The notes under the pieces: generated by a model | What the model was told of the DNA's origin: nothing | Databases searched by the model: none | What the model saw: the letters and a program-made list of their open reading frames with translations, nothing else | Program-made: the position numbers and the translations under genes | Assembly: GCA_944392815.1 (NCBI GenBank) | Contig: CALXXY010000001.1 | Span: 205,237-269,236 of the forward strand | Length of the DNA: 64,000 bases | From: an uncultured Alphaproteobacteria bacterium | Lineage (GTDB): Bacteria > Pseudomonadota > Alphaproteobacteria > Rs-D84 | Direction: 5' to 3' | Shown here: piece by piece, positions 29,839-44,600 of the stretch | How the letters are laid out: every line of letters begins with the position of its first letter | Numbering within the stretch: position 1 is the stretch's first letter

Positions 29839-29866
29839 ATTATACCACACCAATCGCAGATTGCAA
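29839..29866 (-). promoter_or_regulatory. sigma70 promoter with extended -10
   Basis: Minus strand TTGCAA-16 nt-TATAAT, with TG-n-TATAAT. Confidence 0.6.
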
Positions 29867-29903
29867 ATAGGTAAAAAACACCGGCAAATGCCGGCGAGTG
29901 CTG

Positions 29904-30191
29904 TTATTTTTTCGCAACACGTTTTCTGAATTCATTACTGGGGCGGAACGAAACCACACGACGTGCAGTAATTATTGCCGGCGCACCAGTTTTTGGATTG
30001 CGTCCCATACGCTGGGGTTTGGTTAAAATCTTGAAACTGCCAAAGCCGGCGAACTTAACCTCTTCGCCGTGAATCAAAGATTCGCGAATTTCATCGAATA
30101 CTATGTCAACCAATTTAAACGCGTCAGCAGTAGTAAATCCGTACTGTTCACGCAAACGATTTGCAAAATCACTTCTGGTTATTGTTGCCAT
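29904..30191 (-). CDS. ihfA: Integration host factor alpha subunit
   Basis: 'TITRSD', 'VKFAGFGSF', 'RMGRNPKTG', 'RRVVSFRPS'; follows fabH. Confidence 0.88.
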   Translation of the reverse strand: MATITRSDFANRLREQYGFTTADAFKLVDIVFDEIRESLIHGEEVKFAGFGSFKILTKPQRMGRNPKTGAPAIITARRVVSFRPSNEFRKRVAKK

Positions 30192-30194
30192 TTT

Positions 30195-31133
30195 TTATAC
30201 CCTGATTAATGCCGCACCCCATGTCAGGCCACTGCCAAACGCGGGATACAGAACAAGTTGACCGTGTTTTATTATATTATTATCAAATGCGTACGCCAAT
30301 GCAAGTACACCCGATGCACCACTGGTGTTGGCGTGTTTGTCCACCGTCACCAATATTTTTTCCAACGGAAATCCCAGACGCTGGGCGCCACTTTGGATAA
30401 TACGAATGTTTGCCTGATGCGGTACAATCCAATCCACATTGTCCGCAGTAATGCCGGCGTGTTCCATAATATAACTGGCGGCATCAGGCATTAATGTGAC
30501 GGCCTTTTTATACGTTTCCGGGCCGTTCATCATTATGCGATGGTCGGGCGTGCCATACAGCATGTCCATTTCGCGGCCGTCTGACATAACGACTGTATCA
30601 ATTATGCCAGAATAACTGGACGTGGAATGTTCAAATATTAATGCGCCAGCGCCGTCGCCAAACAGCACCGCTGTGCTGCGGTCATTCCAATCGATAAAGC
30701 GTGACATTTTTTCCGCACCGATAACCATTATACGTTTGTGCATACCGGCTGAAAAAAACGCACGTGCGCAATGCAACGCATAAATGTATCCTGTGCACGC
30801 GCCACGTACATCAAATGCAGGCGCATTATTCGTTGCATTTAAACGACCCAAAACCTGGACCCCGACAGACGGAAAATCCAATTCAGCCGATGTCGTGGCA
30901 ACAATTACCATATCTATGTCATTAATGGTGATTTTCGCATTGTCCAACGCGCGTCTGGCCGCATGCACAGCCATATCGACAACCGTTTCATCGTCGCGCG
31001 CAAAATGACGTTCACGCATACCAGTGCGCTGGACAATCCATTCATCGGACGTATCAACCATTTTTTCCAAATCGAAATTGGTGACAACGCGTTCCGGCAG
31101 GTACGATCCATATCCTATTAATCTGCTTCCCAT
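30195..31133 (-). CDS. fabH: 3-oxoacyl-ACP synthase III
   Basis: 'DTSDEWIVQRTG', 'GACTGY', 'LFGDGAGA', 'PHQANIRI', 'NTSGAS', 'GLTWGA'. Confidence 0.95.
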   Translation of the reverse strand: MGSRLIGYGSYLPERVVTNFDLEKMVDTSDEWIVQRTGMRERHFARDDETVVDMAVHAARRALDNAKITINDIDMVIVATTSAELDFPSVGVQVLGRLNATNNAPAFDVRGACTGYIYALHCARAFFSAGMHKRIMVIGAEKMSRFIDWNDRSTAVLFGDGAGALIFEHSTSSYSGIIDTVVMSDGREMDMLYGTPDHRIMMNGPETYKKAVTLMPDAASYIMEHAGITADNVDWIVPHQANIRIIQSGAQRLGFPLEKILVTVDKHANTSGASGVLALAYAFDNNIIKHGQLVLYPAFGSGLTWGAALIRV

Positions 31134-31229
31134 ACTACCTTTCCCTTTTGTAATTCATAATCCGGGGTATTATACAGGTCGTGAATACAACTTGCAATAT
31201 TAAAATCTGTGAATAAAATATAGTGCGTT

Positions 31230-31305
31230 GTCCCCATAGTTCAACTGGATAGAACGAGGGTTTCCTAAACCCTTGATACAGGTTCGATTCCTGTTGGGGA
31301 TACCA
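31230..31305 (+). tRNA. tRNA-Arg(CCT)
   Basis: GTCCCCA...TGGGGAT-ACCA cloverleaf, anticodon loop TTCCTAA, T-loop GGTTCGATTCC. Confidence 0.92.
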
Positions 31306-31326
31306 TAATTAAACGGAAATAACAAA

Positions 31327-31659
31327 ATGAAAAACAAAGCCATTAAAATCGGAATTATCGCGAGCATTTTGCCACACTTGTTTTGCTGTGTGTTGCCAAT
31401 TGTGCTGTCGATTATCAGTTTGTTTGCGCCTGAATTCGCGCATGCGGAATTTATTCCGCATTGGTTTGAACCGTGGCTGTTTGTGTTTTCTGGGTTAATG
31501 TTGGCATTGTCGTGGTTTTTGGTTGTGCGCGATTGCCATTGCGATTGCGACCATTGTCACGGCAATCACAGTCATCGCACGCAAAAAATTATTCTGGGGG
31601 TTATTACCGCCATATTTATAATCAGCATTGTGCTGCATTTAATGGCGCACCACGGATAA
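31327..31659 (+). CDS. Small 3-TM Cys/His-rich membrane protein (MerC/MerT-like, possible metal handling)
   Basis: 'HLFCCVLP', three hydrophobic helices, loop 'CHCDCDHCHGNHSH'. Confidence 0.6.
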   Translation: MKNKAIKIGIIASILPHLFCCVLPIVLSIISLFAPEFAHAEFIPHWFEPWLFVFSGLMLALSWFLVVRDCHCDCDHCHGNHSHRTQKIILGVITAIFIISIVLHLMAHHG

Positions 31660-31689
31660 AAAAACACCGGCAAATGCCGGTATTTTTTA

Positions 31690-32139
31690 TTATTCTGAAA
31701 TGACCAAATTCGGGCGAACCGAACGCAGGTTGTTCAGGGATTTTTCCTGGGCTGCGCGGAATGCAGATGGATTCCAAATTTGAAAACTGTTGCCACGACC
31801 AACAAAAATGGCGGTGTCTGTTATGCCGGCATGTTTTAATAAATCGGCCGGGATAACTATGCGTCCAGTCACATCAAACGCCAACGGGCGCGCGTCTGCG
31901 AACAGCATGGCGGACAAATCGTCCAAATCACTGTCGAATACGCCCATTTTATCAGTGGCCGACGCCATTTGTTCCATGCGCGACATGGATAATCCCTCGA
32001 TACAATTATGGGTGAATGAACGATATAAAACAACGCCGGGAAATTTTTCATTTGCAACCGAAGCCCGAAAAGAGGCCGGTACAGATATGCGCCCCTTGGT
32101 ATCCAAACGATTTTCATAAGATGAGAGAAACAATGACAT
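31690..32139 (-). CDS. mraZ: Transcriptional regulator MraZ
   Basis: 'LDTKGRISVPASFR', 'DVTGRIVIP', 'FVGRGNSFQIW'; start set at MSLFLSS (32139). Confidence 0.9.
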   Translation of the reverse strand: MSLFLSSYENRLDTKGRISVPASFRASVANEKFPGVVLYRSFTHNCIEGLSMSRMEQMASATDKMGVFDSDLDDLSAMLFADARPLAFDVTGRIVIPADLLKHAGITDTAIFVGRGNSFQIWNPSAFRAAQEKSLNNLRSVRPNLVISE

Positions 32140-32520
32140 TTTCGGTCCTTGTTTTGGGCTGCTGCCCGTGTCCCCTTTCCTTGGCTTCGTTTTGAAATCT
32201 AGCACGCCGTTTTATGGTTGTCAATGACATTTTATAATTATTTTATGGGATTTTATGGTTTTATAAATAAAATCAAAAAAATTTAAAATAAAATGAAAAT
32301 ATTTTATTTTGTGCTTGACCTGCGATTCGTTTTTGTTCTAAGATGTTTGTATAGACAAGGAGAAAAGATTTAAAAGCCCCGGAATTCTGCTAAAAACACG
32401 GATTTCAGGCAAAAATAAAAGTTTAACCGAAAATTCAAATCTGATTTTTGTAAATACACGTTGTACATACAAAAATTGATTGTTTTTTCATTAACCACAC
32501 CCGAAAGGAGGGACCGCACA

Positions 32521-32856
32521 ATGCCAAAATCAATCAAAGAAATCATGATCGCCCTGAATCAAGTTTTAACAACAACAGTTTGGGTGAACGAAGACAGACA
32601 AATCATTTCGTTGGCCGACGAATTGCAAATCGGTCACAATAATGCACCACGTTCTATCGAAGATTTGCCACGCGCATCTTTGGTTGGTGCGTATGTATCA
32701 TTACAGATTCGTACAGATAATTTCGACATTGCGGCAGAATCGTTGGAAACAAAAACACTGGCATTGCGCGTCAAAGAAATGGTTTTTGCCGAAGCCAAAA
32801 AAATCATGGACGTGGCCGATGGCGCAGATACTGCCCGTACACGTCGCGCCGCATAA
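32521..32856 (+). CDS. Hypothetical protein
   Basis: ATG at 32521 with strong RBS AAAGGAGG; 111 aa. Confidence 0.65.
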   Translation: MPKSIKEIMIALNQVLTTTVWVNEDRQIISLADELQIGHNNAPRSIEDLPRASLVGAYVSLQIRTDNFDIAAESLETKTLALRVKEMVFAEAKKIMDVADGADTARTRRAA

Positions 32857-32959
32857 TTTTCGCACATAATATTGTGCGGTTATGGGCGACATAACAGTTT
32901 CTGGGTAACCAGAAGGAAGGGAGGAATCACCGGCAAGCAATTGCCGGTGGTTTTTTATC

Positions 32960-35599
32960 CTAGAAATTCAATCTGCCGCCGATGCGGAATGTATAATTAA
33001 CATAACCATCGCGCAATTCTGCACCAGCACCAAAGTTTAATTCTGTGTCGGGGTTAAATATAACGCGTGCATTTAATGCCGAATTCAATGCCCAGCGGGG
33101 CAATATTTCTGCGTTTATTTGATACAATGTGTCGTTTACAAATACTGTTGCGTTGTCTGCGTCCGAATGCATGTCGTATGATGCGCCAATCGTTATATTT
33201 GGCACAATCTGAACCGCACTGATTGTCCAATTATCACGCGCGACAGAAACATTTGCATACAGACGCGCAAAGTGCAAATCTGGGCTGTCTGTTTTTTGAC
33301 CGGCCGAATCTGTGGCGCTGCTGCGATGCGTTAATGTGTATTGCGCCCCCAGACGTGGCGTTGTGCGCCAATTGGTTGCAACAAATTCATATCCTATATC
33401 ACCAAACACGTCATATGTATACAGGTCTGAATTATTTGATACATGCAGGGTGGAAACATTTTTAACCTCGTCCCAATTGGTATAGAAAACATTTGCCGCC
33501 GAACGCAATATAACTGGTGAATTTTTATATACTGCATACAGTCCGCCACCATGCGTTGGCGTGTGTATTGTGCGCGCCCAACTGGTTAATTTGTCGCGCT
33601 GATACGTATACATTGCGCCGATGGTTAAATTATTATTTGTGTATTGTGCCCCCAGTGCCAGTCCCGCACCGGTAATATCAAAATCTGCGTATTCATGGGC
33701 CGCGGTCAAACGTCCCGCACCCGCCAATCCTGTTGCCCATAATGCGCCCCGCCCCGCTATATCATCGGTTAACGTGGACGCAACACGTGACGACAATGTC
33801 GCAGACAGTATCTGGGTTAATGGCGCGGTTGATGGCGCCAGCGCGCTTAACGCACGGATATATTCTTTGGCATTTGTTTGAACCAACGCATTCATTTGCA
33901 AATATATGGCATGTTTCAATTGCGACACAGGATCGGTGGTTGTTTGCCACGCAGCGGCGGTACGCACATTGTTTTCTGTGCCGCCATTATCGGTTATGAC
34001 GTCTGCGAAACTGTCTCCTGTTGGACTGATTTCATACCAGCCATTTCCCAATTTTAAAAATTCATACAGGTTATTATTTATTGTTGGCGTAAATTCGTCA
34101 GCAATTTCATTGGTGCTGTGCAATAATTGCAAAGTTAATGTATCGCGCCCGTCCATTGCTGTTGACGATAATACCGCACTGATGATGGCGTTTTGTGATA
34201 TATTAAACGTGTTCGCTGTTAATGTGCCATATGTATTTGCGTCTGTGATGGTCAATTGCAATGTCGCGCCAGGGGCAAAAGTGGCATTATCAACCACCAC
34301 AGATGACGCAGATAAATCCAAAGTGCCGTCGTATACGGTTAAATTGCCGGCAAAATTTGTAATGTCTGTATTTATAACCACTGTGCCACCGGTTGGAACA
34401 TTTTGCACGTCGTATATGTATGGGCGATTTATGATTATTTCGCCACTGCCTGTGATAGCATCGTTAAACACTATGGAATTGCCAACCGCAGCGTTCATGT
34501 TGACAGTTCCCGTGGAATGAATCGCGTTGGATATGCCTGCGGCCGTGTTGCCGCTGAATGTCATGTTTTTGTTGTTGGATATTAAATATAATTCAGCCAA
34601 ATTGAATATCGCACCACCGCTGTCTGTGGCTGTATTATTTTGAAAATCGCTGTCGACGATGTATATGTCGTCCCAATTGTAAACTGCGCCACCGTATTCC
34701 GATGTGTTCGATGTAAATGTGGAATCTGTGACAATAGAATACAGTGTGTCACCAATTACGCCATAGTTTCCAATTGCACCGCCTGTGGCGCCTGAATTAT
34801 TTTCAAATGTACCGTTTGTTAATCGCATGGTGCCGGTGGTATAAATTGCGCCCGCGCTGTCGGGGGATTTGTTTTGCACAAACCGCACGTCTGTTAAATT
34901 CATAGTATTTGAATTATACAAAGCACCACCGCCGCCGCTGGCGCTGTTTGAAACAAATGACGCATTTGAAATATTTAACGTGCCGTCATTAAACGCCACA
35001 CCGCCATATCCATTGGACGCAGAATTATTTTGAAATATCACGCCATCAAATGTTGCGGTTGTTTCATATTCATTATACACAACACCACCGTCGCCACGCG
35101 TGACAGCGTTGGAATTAAATACTGAATTTGTTATGTTTGCGACACCAGATGAATTTTGATACAAAACTGTTCCACCATACATTGACGTATTACCAGAAAA
35201 CGCGGCGTTATTTACCGTGACCGTACCACCCAAATTTGCAAATACTGCACCCTGGGGACGATTAAAATTATTATACGATTTTGTAATGGTGGCACTGTCC
35301 CCAGATGTACTGAATGTACCGGCATTTTCCAACGATATTGTATATCCGTTCAATACAGTAAAACCATTAAATGCGCCGCCATTGAACGCAAATCCGCCCC
35401 CATTAATATTTGTCGTGGTGGCCCCTGGCGCAGTCACCAATCGCGTTGCGGTGATGTCGGCCGTGATGTCAATGTCATTCTGTGACCCGGCCGTTTTGTA
35501 TAAACCATAGAACGTTGAAAAATCCGACGCGTCCGCAGCAATTGCGGGGCCAGATAAACATGCGCCAAACGCTGTTAATAAATATAATTTATTTTGCAT
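32960..35599 (-). CDS. Autotransporter with polymorphic-membrane-protein (GGAI/FxxN) repeats
   Basis: Repeated 'F..N.A..GGA(I/V/L)YN' passenger; C-terminal barrel ending 'RIGGRLNF'; signal peptide from MQNK. Confidence 0.85.
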   Translation of the reverse strand: MQNKLYLLTAFGACLSGPAIAADASDFSTFYGLYKTAGSQNDIDITADITATRLVTAPGATTTNINGGGFAFNGGAFNGFTVLNGYTISLENAGTFSTSGDSATITKSYNNFNRPQGAVFANLGGTVTVNNAAFSGNTSMYGGTVLYQNSSGVANITNSVFNSNAVTRGDGGVVYNEYETTATFDGVIFQNNSASNGYGGVAFNDGTLNISNASFVSNSASGGGGALYNSNTMNLTDVRFVQNKSPDSAGAIYTTGTMRLTNGTFENNSGATGGAIGNYGVIGDTLYSIVTDSTFTSNTSEYGGAVYNWDDIYIVDSDFQNNTATDSGGAIFNLAELYLISNNKNMTFSGNTAAGISNAIHSTGTVNMNAAVGNSIVFNDAITGSGEIIINRPYIYDVQNVPTGGTVVINTDITNFAGNLTVYDGTLDLSASSVVVDNATFAPGATLQLTITDANTYGTLTANTFNISQNAIISAVLSSTAMDGRDTLTLQLLHSTNEIADEFTPTINNNLYEFLKLGNGWYEISPTGDSFADVITDNGGTENNVRTAAAWQTTTDPVSQLKHAIYLQMNALVQTNAKEYIRALSALAPSTAPLTQILSATLSSRVASTLTDDIAGRGALWATGLAGAGRLTAAHEYADFDITGAGLALGAQYTNNNLTIGAMYTYQRDKLTSWARTIHTPTHGGGLYAVYKNSPVILRSAANVFYTNWDEVKNVSTLHVSNNSDLYTYDVFGDIGYEFVATNWRTTPRLGAQYTLTHRSSATDSAGQKTDSPDLHFARLYANVSVARDNWTISAVQIVPNITIGASYDMHSDADNATVFVNDTLYQINAEILPRWALNSALNARVIFNPDTELNFGAGAELRDGYVNYTFRIGGRLNF

Positions 35600-35672
35600 T
35601 TTAAAACCCTGTGTTTTTTTACACAGGGTCATAAAAATTAAATACTAATTCAACGCGTATGTATTCCCAATA

Positions 35673-36737
35673 CTATTCATTGGCAATTATTTCATCGCGC
35701 ACACGTGATACAGACGCCGCACGTGCCGCAATAACATCATTTAAATTTGCACCGGTTAAATCAGCCGCATATTTTATCGAATTTGCGAACGCCAATGCGT
35801 CACTGTTGCCGTGCGTTTTTACGGCGAATCCCTTTAGCCCCAGGAACGTTGCGCCGGCATATGAACGCGGGTCAATTTTATTTTTTAACCGTTTGAACAC
35901 ATGCACCAGGAAAAACGCGCCAATAATCGCCAAAATCGATTTTTTCAGGTTGTCCACCAACACACGTTTAATCAGTTTTGCTGTGCCCTCGACAGTTTTC
36001 AGCACTATATTTCCGGTAAAACCATCGGTCACGACGACCTGGACATTACCGCCGCCGATATCGTTGCCTTCGACAAAACCGATGTATTCGTACGGCAATT
36101 CATCTTTGTGTTCGGTTAATACCTTGTTCAATTTTTGCAGAACTTCGTTGCCCTTGGTTTCTTCGGATCCGATGTTTAATACGCCAACCTTGGGCCGGGG
36201 CATATGACCGATAACCTCGGCATAGACGCTGCCCAAAATAGCAAAATCAAACAGGTCACGTTCATCACACTGAACATTTGCACCCAAATCCAACACAACC
36301 ACACGGGAATCACCACCCCCAGACGGCAACATAGTCGTAATGGCCGGGCGGGAAATCCCATCAATTGTTTTTAATGCCAATTTTGATAAAGACATCAAAA
36401 TCCCAGTGTTCCCAGCACTGACGACGGCGGAGGAATTACCCTCGCGGACGTCTTTGATGGCCATGTACATGGACGTATCCTGGGAATGGCGAATAACATC
36501 GCGCACCTTATCAGTGCCACGAATAACGCCGGGGGCATCAATAACCTCGCAATTGCGGGCGACACGCGGATATTTGGCCAACAACGGCCCCAATTGTTTT
36601 GTTTGACCAAACAGACGGAAAAATACTTTATCTTCGCCGTTTTGGTACAAAAATTGGTTCATACCGCCCAGCACGGCGTTGGGACCTTTGTCCCCGCCCA
36701 TTGCGTCAATTGCTATGATTTTTTTTGCTGCTGACAT
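35673..36737 (-). CDS. plsX: Phosphate acyltransferase PlsX
   Basis: 'IAIDAMGGD', 'SAGNTG', 'LDLGAN', 'LNIGSEETKG', 'DGFTGN', 'KTHG'. Confidence 0.95.
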   Translation of the reverse strand: MSAAKKIIAIDAMGGDKGPNAVLGGMNQFLYQNGEDKVFFRLFGQTKQLGPLLAKYPRVARNCEVIDAPGVIRGTDKVRDVIRHSQDTSMYMAIKDVREGNSSAVVSAGNTGILMSLSKLALKTIDGISRPAITTMLPSGGGDSRVVVLDLGANVQCDERDLFDFAILGSVYAEVIGHMPRPKVGVLNIGSEETKGNEVLQKLNKVLTEHKDELPYEYIGFVEGNDIGGGNVQVVVTDGFTGNIVLKTVEGTAKLIKRVLVDNLKKSILAIIGAFFLVHVFKRLKNKIDPRSYAGATFLGLKGFAVKTHGNSDALAFANSIKYAADLTGANLNDVIAARAASVSRVRDEIIANE

Positions 36738-36815
36738 AATATTCCATTAAAAAAGCAGAACGGGCACAATGCAAACACGCGCCAAATTCTGCCGTTTTTT
36801 TATTATTTCGGTTTA

Positions 36816-36965
36816 TTATTTAGCACCACACGCCGGACATACATGATGTGGGCGTTTTTTTTCACCACAGGTTTTGCACACTGTGCACGGCATTACAGAC
36901 AGTGCATCGTGTGAACGACGCTGTGCGGAACGTGCTTTGCTTGTTTTACTTTTTGGCGTTGCCAT
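36816..36965 (-). CDS. rpmF: 50S ribosomal protein L32
   Basis: Manual translation MATPKSKTSKARSAQRRSHDALSVMPCTVCKTCGEKKRPHHVCPACGAK (49 aa); upstream of plsX. Confidence 0.92.
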   Translation of the reverse strand: MATPKSKTSKARSAQRRSHDALSVMPCTVCKTCGEKKRPHHVCPACGAK

Positions 36966-37031
36966 TTTATTATCCTTTTTATTTACAGTTAAACTATTCT
37001 ATTAAAATCTGACGCATTTGCAAGGAAAACT

Positions 37032-37436
37032 TTATTCAGATATAACCCGCGCCACAAACATGCCATGATTATGTAATAATCCGATAACGGCACTGTGATC
37101 GTCCAATCCGAAATAAAATTTATATCCCTGCTTTTCCAATTCGGTGACCGTTGCCAATTTGTATTCTGCGGTTGTGCCCGGATAATCGTGCGGTTTACAG
37201 AACACGCGTTTTTTTATGTTTGGCAACATGCTGTGTATGTGTTGTTCAACACGCTGCTGACCAATTGCCCAACGCCCAGTGATAAATACGATTGTAAAAT
37301 CGCGCCCCAATGTTTCCAACACGCGTATCATGTTTTCGTTTGGTTCGCCAAATCTGTCATAGTTTGCAATTGCAAACTTTTTATTTACAACACCGTCAAT
37401 ATCACAGAAAATTGCGGGGATTTCAGTCATGAACAC
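37032..37436 (-). CDS. HAD-superfamily phosphatase (polynucleotide kinase phosphatase-like)
   Basis: 'FCDIDGV', 'FITGR', 'YK', 'LDDH'. Confidence 0.75.
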   Translation of the reverse strand: MFMTEIPAIFCDIDGVVNKKFAIANYDRFGEPNENMIRVLETLGRDFTIVFITGRWAIGQQRVEQHIHSMLPNIKKRVFCKPHDYPGTTAEYKLATVTELEKQGYKFYFGLDDHSAVIGLLHNHGMFVARVISE

Positions 37437-37478
37437 ACCTGCGCCCGGGGCGTGGCCCCGGGCGTGTTTGTATGTGGA

Positions 37479-41609
<4,131 letters not shown>

Positions 41610-41655
41610 CAGATGTCGGTGTCACCCCAGCTGACGCCGGGGCGACACAGATGTC

Positions 41656-44600
41656 TTAATCAATTTTCTTTGGTGTTAACGCCAATCCCAAACCGCGCAG
41701 TTCGCGCACGAATACATTAAATGCTTCGGGCGTGCCAGTTTGGAAATCGTTGCTGCCTGATATAATCGCTTCGTACATTTTGGTACGGCCAACTATATCG
41801 TCCGATTTCACAGTCAACATTTCGCGCAGCAGGTGGGCGGCACCGTGTGCCTCGAGTGCCCAAACCTCCATTTCACCCAAACGCTGACCACCCATGTGGG
41901 CTTTACCGGACAACGGCTGTTGTGTGACCAAAGAATAATTTCCAATTGAACGTGCGTGAATCTTTTCATCAACCAAGTGATGCAGTTTCAGCATGTACAT
42001 AACACCAACGGTGACCGGACGTGCGAATTTTTCACCCGTCATACCATCGTACAATGTGAATTGACCTGTTTCTGGTAATTTAGCCATTTTCAACATACGT
42101 GCAATGTCTTCGGACGTGGCACCGTCGAACGTCGGCGTGGCCATCGGCACACCGTCACGCAACAGGGCGGCTTCGGCACGAATGTCTGTATCGGTCATTT
42201 TGTCCAGTTTTTCAGACCATTCTTTGCCATACACTTTGCCCATGACTGTGCGCAAATCGTCGGTGACAGCACGTTTTTGTTTCACTTCGTCCAACACCGC
42301 GCCAATTTGCTGACCCAGTGTGCGTGCCGCCATACCCAGGTGCGTTTCCAAAATCTGGCCCAGGTTCATACGTGACGGCACACCCAACGGATTCAGAACC
42401 AGGTCAACTGGGGTTCCATCTTCCATATACGGCATGTCTTCGATCGGGACAACTTTGGACACAATACCTTTGTTTCCGTGACGACCGGCCATTTTATCAC
42501 CGGGCTGCAGTTTCATTTTGTGCGCGATGTAAACTTTGACCTCTTTCAGAACGCCGGCACCCAAAGAATTTGTTTCGGTTGCCTTGGCGACTTCGGCGTC
42601 GGCCTTTTCATTCAGTGCCTTTAACTTGGCAACATGGACATCACGCAGTTCTTCGATTTTCGCCTGGACTTCTTTGTTGCGAACAACCAATTTTTTCACG
42701 TCGGTGGGTTTGATACCTTCGAACACTTCCTGGGTCAGTTTTTTGCCGATAAACGGTTTTAAACTGCCTGTGCCACCGTCGATAACCAGGCCCTCGGCCA
42801 GTTGGAAAATCTGGTCGGCAAAGCCACGTTCCATGATGTTTGTTTCTTCTTCGCGGTCGCGGTTAATCTTTTCGATTTTCTGCAATTCAATCATCTGGGT
42901 GCGTTCGTCTTTTTTAACGCCGTGACGTGTCAAAACGTTCACACCGATGACGGTACCTTCTTCGTTGGGACCAACGCGCAGCGATGTATCTTTGACGTTT
43001 AATGCCTTTTCACCAAAGATGTTGCGCAGCAGCGCTTCTTCTGGTGTCAGCAACGTTTCGGATTTCGGTGATACACGGCCGACCAAAATATCGCCCTGTT
43101 TCACGCGTGCACCAACGTAAATAATACCGGATTCGTCCAGATTCTTTAACGCTTCTTCGCTGACGTTCGGAATGTCGCGGGTCAAACTTTCTGGGCCCAA
43201 TTGGGTATCTTTGACCTTGAATTCTTTTTCCACGATTTTAACAGATGTGAAAACGTCATCGCGCGAAATACGTTCGGAAATCACGATTGAATCTTCGTAA
43301 TTATATCCGCGCCATGGAACGAACGCCACCAACACGTTGCGACCCAATGCCAATTCACCATAGTTCATCGAAGAACCGTCGGCAATGATGTCGCCCGCAG
43401 ATACACGGTCGCCAACCTTGACCAATGGTTTTTGGTGAATCAATGTTTCGCTGTTGCTGCGTTCAAATTTTTCCAGGTTGTAAATATCCACACCCGTCAC
43501 GACGTTGCGGCTGTTCATACATTTCACCACAATACGGTTCGCGTCGACAGATTCAACAACACCGCTGTGTTTGGCGGCAACGCCTGTGCGGGAATCACGG
43601 GCAACCTCGCGTTCAATGCCGGTGCCGACCAATGGGGCCTGGACACGCAGCAATGGAATCGCCTGGCGCTGCATGTTGGATCCCATCAATGCACGGTTCG
43701 CGTCGTCGTTTTCAACGAACGGAATTAATCCTGTGGCGATTGATACCACCTGGCGTGGTTCAACGTCGATTAAATCAATTTCTTCCTTGGGCACCATGGT
43801 AAATTCGCCATCAACACGCGCAGTCACCATATCTTCGGCCAAAACGCCGGCGGCTGTGGTTGGGGTATTACCCTGGGCGATTTTATGACCCAATTCTTCG
43901 TCTGCGGTCAAATACACCATTTTGTCGGTGATTTTGCTGTTTTCAACAACATAGTATGGCGTTTCAATAAATCCATATGGATTCACACGCGCATATGTCG
44001 CCAAATGGTTAATCAGACCGATGTTTGCACCCTCGGGCGTGTTAATTGGACACAGACGACCATAGTGCGTTGGGTGAACGTCGCGGACGTCGATACCCGC
44101 ACGGTCACGGTTCAAACCGCCCGGCCCCAATGCAGAAATACGACGTTTGTGTTCCAATTCAGACAGCGGATTATACGCGTCCATAAACTGGGACAATTGG
44201 GACGTGCCCAAAAATTCATTTACCAAAGACATCAATGGTTTGACATTGATAACGTCCTGGGGCTGCATATTGGCGATGTTCGGGGACGACAAACTTTCGC
44301 GAACCAGGCGTTCAATGCGAACCATACCTGTGCGGAAATTCTGTTCCAGCAATTCACCAACTGTGCGCACACGACGGTTGGACAGATTATCAATATCATC
44401 AACCGTATCTTTGTGATCAATAATATTTGTCAGTGTTTTTAACACAGCCAAGAAATCAGATTTCGTCAGCAAACGTTCATCTTCGGGCTTTTTACCAGAA
44501 TCAATTTTCAAACGTTTGTTCATTTTGAAACGACCCACAGCCGACAAATCATAGTATGATGCGTCAAAGCCCTGGCGCATGAACAGGTTGATGGCGGCCT

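Noticed and set aside
32881-32957. Possible SRP RNA or 6S RNA (contains CCAGAAGGAAG)
   Set aside because: Lacks the TCAGG..GGAAG-CAGC SRP helix-8 context and a long 6S-type duplex; explained by a short hairpin plus a terminator.
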